NCBI GenBank assembly: GCA_049199595.1
Contig: JBMCYV010000011.1
Location: 7,851-71,850 of the forward strand
Direction of reading: 5' to 3'
DNA length: 64,000 nucleotides
DNA from: Candidatus Nitrosomirales archaeon
GTDB taxonomy: Archaea; Thermoproteota; Nitrososphaeria; Nitrososphaerales; UBA213
How positions within the stretch are numbered: the first letter of the stretch is position 1; each line of letters opens with the position of its first letter. Below the pieces are notes generated by a model. The model was not told the DNA's origin. It searched no databases and was given only the letters and a program-made list of their open reading frames with translations. The position numbers and the translations under genes are program-made. Of the stretch, positions 63,537 through 64,000 are shown piece after piece.

Positions 63537-64000
63537 TCAATCTTGCAGGTATCCTTTTTTAATCATTGCTTGCGTCGATTCTTTTGTGGCTTGCTTCATC
63601 TTGCTGATCTGGCGCCACTCCATTACCGCGTGCTGATCTGCACCTATCTTCTTCTCCATCACTTGATCAATATGCACAAACGCGGGAAGATTGACCCACT
63701 GTCCCACAAGGATAGCATCTCCAGGATTGAGTGAGGGGAGTTGTTCCACGATCTCCTTGCTAAATGCTTCGCTTGCTACAGATACCTGTGCTTGATCGTC
63801 CTGCTGCACCATCTTCATAACGGCAAGCGAGCCCATCTGGCTCAGCACGTTTGCATCTATACTTCTGGGTCTCTGCGAAATTATTGCAAGCCCAAGACCG
63901 AACTTCCTTCCCTCTCTAGCTACTTTTGCGGCAAGATACTTTGTATCAGTCTTTTCGTCCTTGGGAATGAACACGTGTGCTTCCTCGATAACAACAAGCA
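63537..64000 (-). CDS. herA: HerA-type hexameric helicase/translocase, C-terminal part (5' end outside the window)
   Basis: The frame is open to the right edge (..LVVIEEAHVFIPKDEKT..REGRKFGLGLAIISQRPRSIDANVLSQMGS..), giving a Walker B and the FtsK/HerA-type C-terminus. The track's start at 63974 is an internal GTG. Confidence 0.85.
   Translation of the reverse strand, partial: LVVIEEAHVFIPKDEKTDTKYLAAKVAREGRKFGLGLAIISQRPRSIDANVLSQMGSLAVMKMVQQDDQAQVSVASEAFSKEIVEQLPSLNPGDAILVGQWVNLPAFVHIDQVMEKKIGADQHAVMEWRQISKMKQATKESTQAMIKKGYLQD

Overview
This 64-kb window is gene-dense and reads as an archaeal chromosome of the Nitrososphaerota/Thaumarchaeota (ammonia-oxidiser-like) type. That placement is an inference from gene content: class I LysRS, aEF-2, PurP, CofG/CofH, archaeal Elp3, herA-mre11-rad50, BHB-type tRNA introns, several cupredoxins (one with a PEFG-CTERM-like tail), and AT-rich TATA boxes about 25-30 nt upstream of many start codons, which suggests mostly leaderless mRNAs. 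I support about 70 protein genes and two intron-containing tRNAs. I found no rRNA, no CRISPR array, and no recognisable transposase or integrase. Housekeeping blocks: F420 chromophore synthesis (cofG-cofH, followed by a TldD/PmbA-like gene); purM; elp3-lysK; pepF; a sulfur block (sulfite reductase, rhodanese, P-II-like); a futalosine-type menaquinone block (UbiD-like, MqnC, MqnE, MqnD-like); aEF-2; purP; an ABC-2 exporter; and rad50-mre11-herA at the right edge. Accessory content falls in three places. (1) At 2.1-6.8 kb, a cluster of small exported or membrane proteins has four copies of a ~33-bp upstream element at a fixed distance from the start codons. (2) At 10.6-24.5 kb, an island encodes almost only exported proteins: two tandem paralogs, a 670-aa protein, two mid-size proteins, an HExxH protease, a 1335-aa 12-NHL-repeat protein, and one small wHTH. 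A ~110-aa module recurs in three of these proteins. (3) The same module recurs a fourth time on a metzincin-type protease at 56.6-58.9 kb. Other points worth a second look: a tRNA that seems to need two mini-introns around the anticodon loop, and possibly a third in the acceptor stem; a half-size HEAT protein carrying two deoxyhypusine-hydroxylase-like VRHEAA motifs; an aEF-2 with a deviant diphthamide loop; and a P-II-like protein with a shortened T-loop. All functional calls rest on reading motifs by eye. No database search was run.
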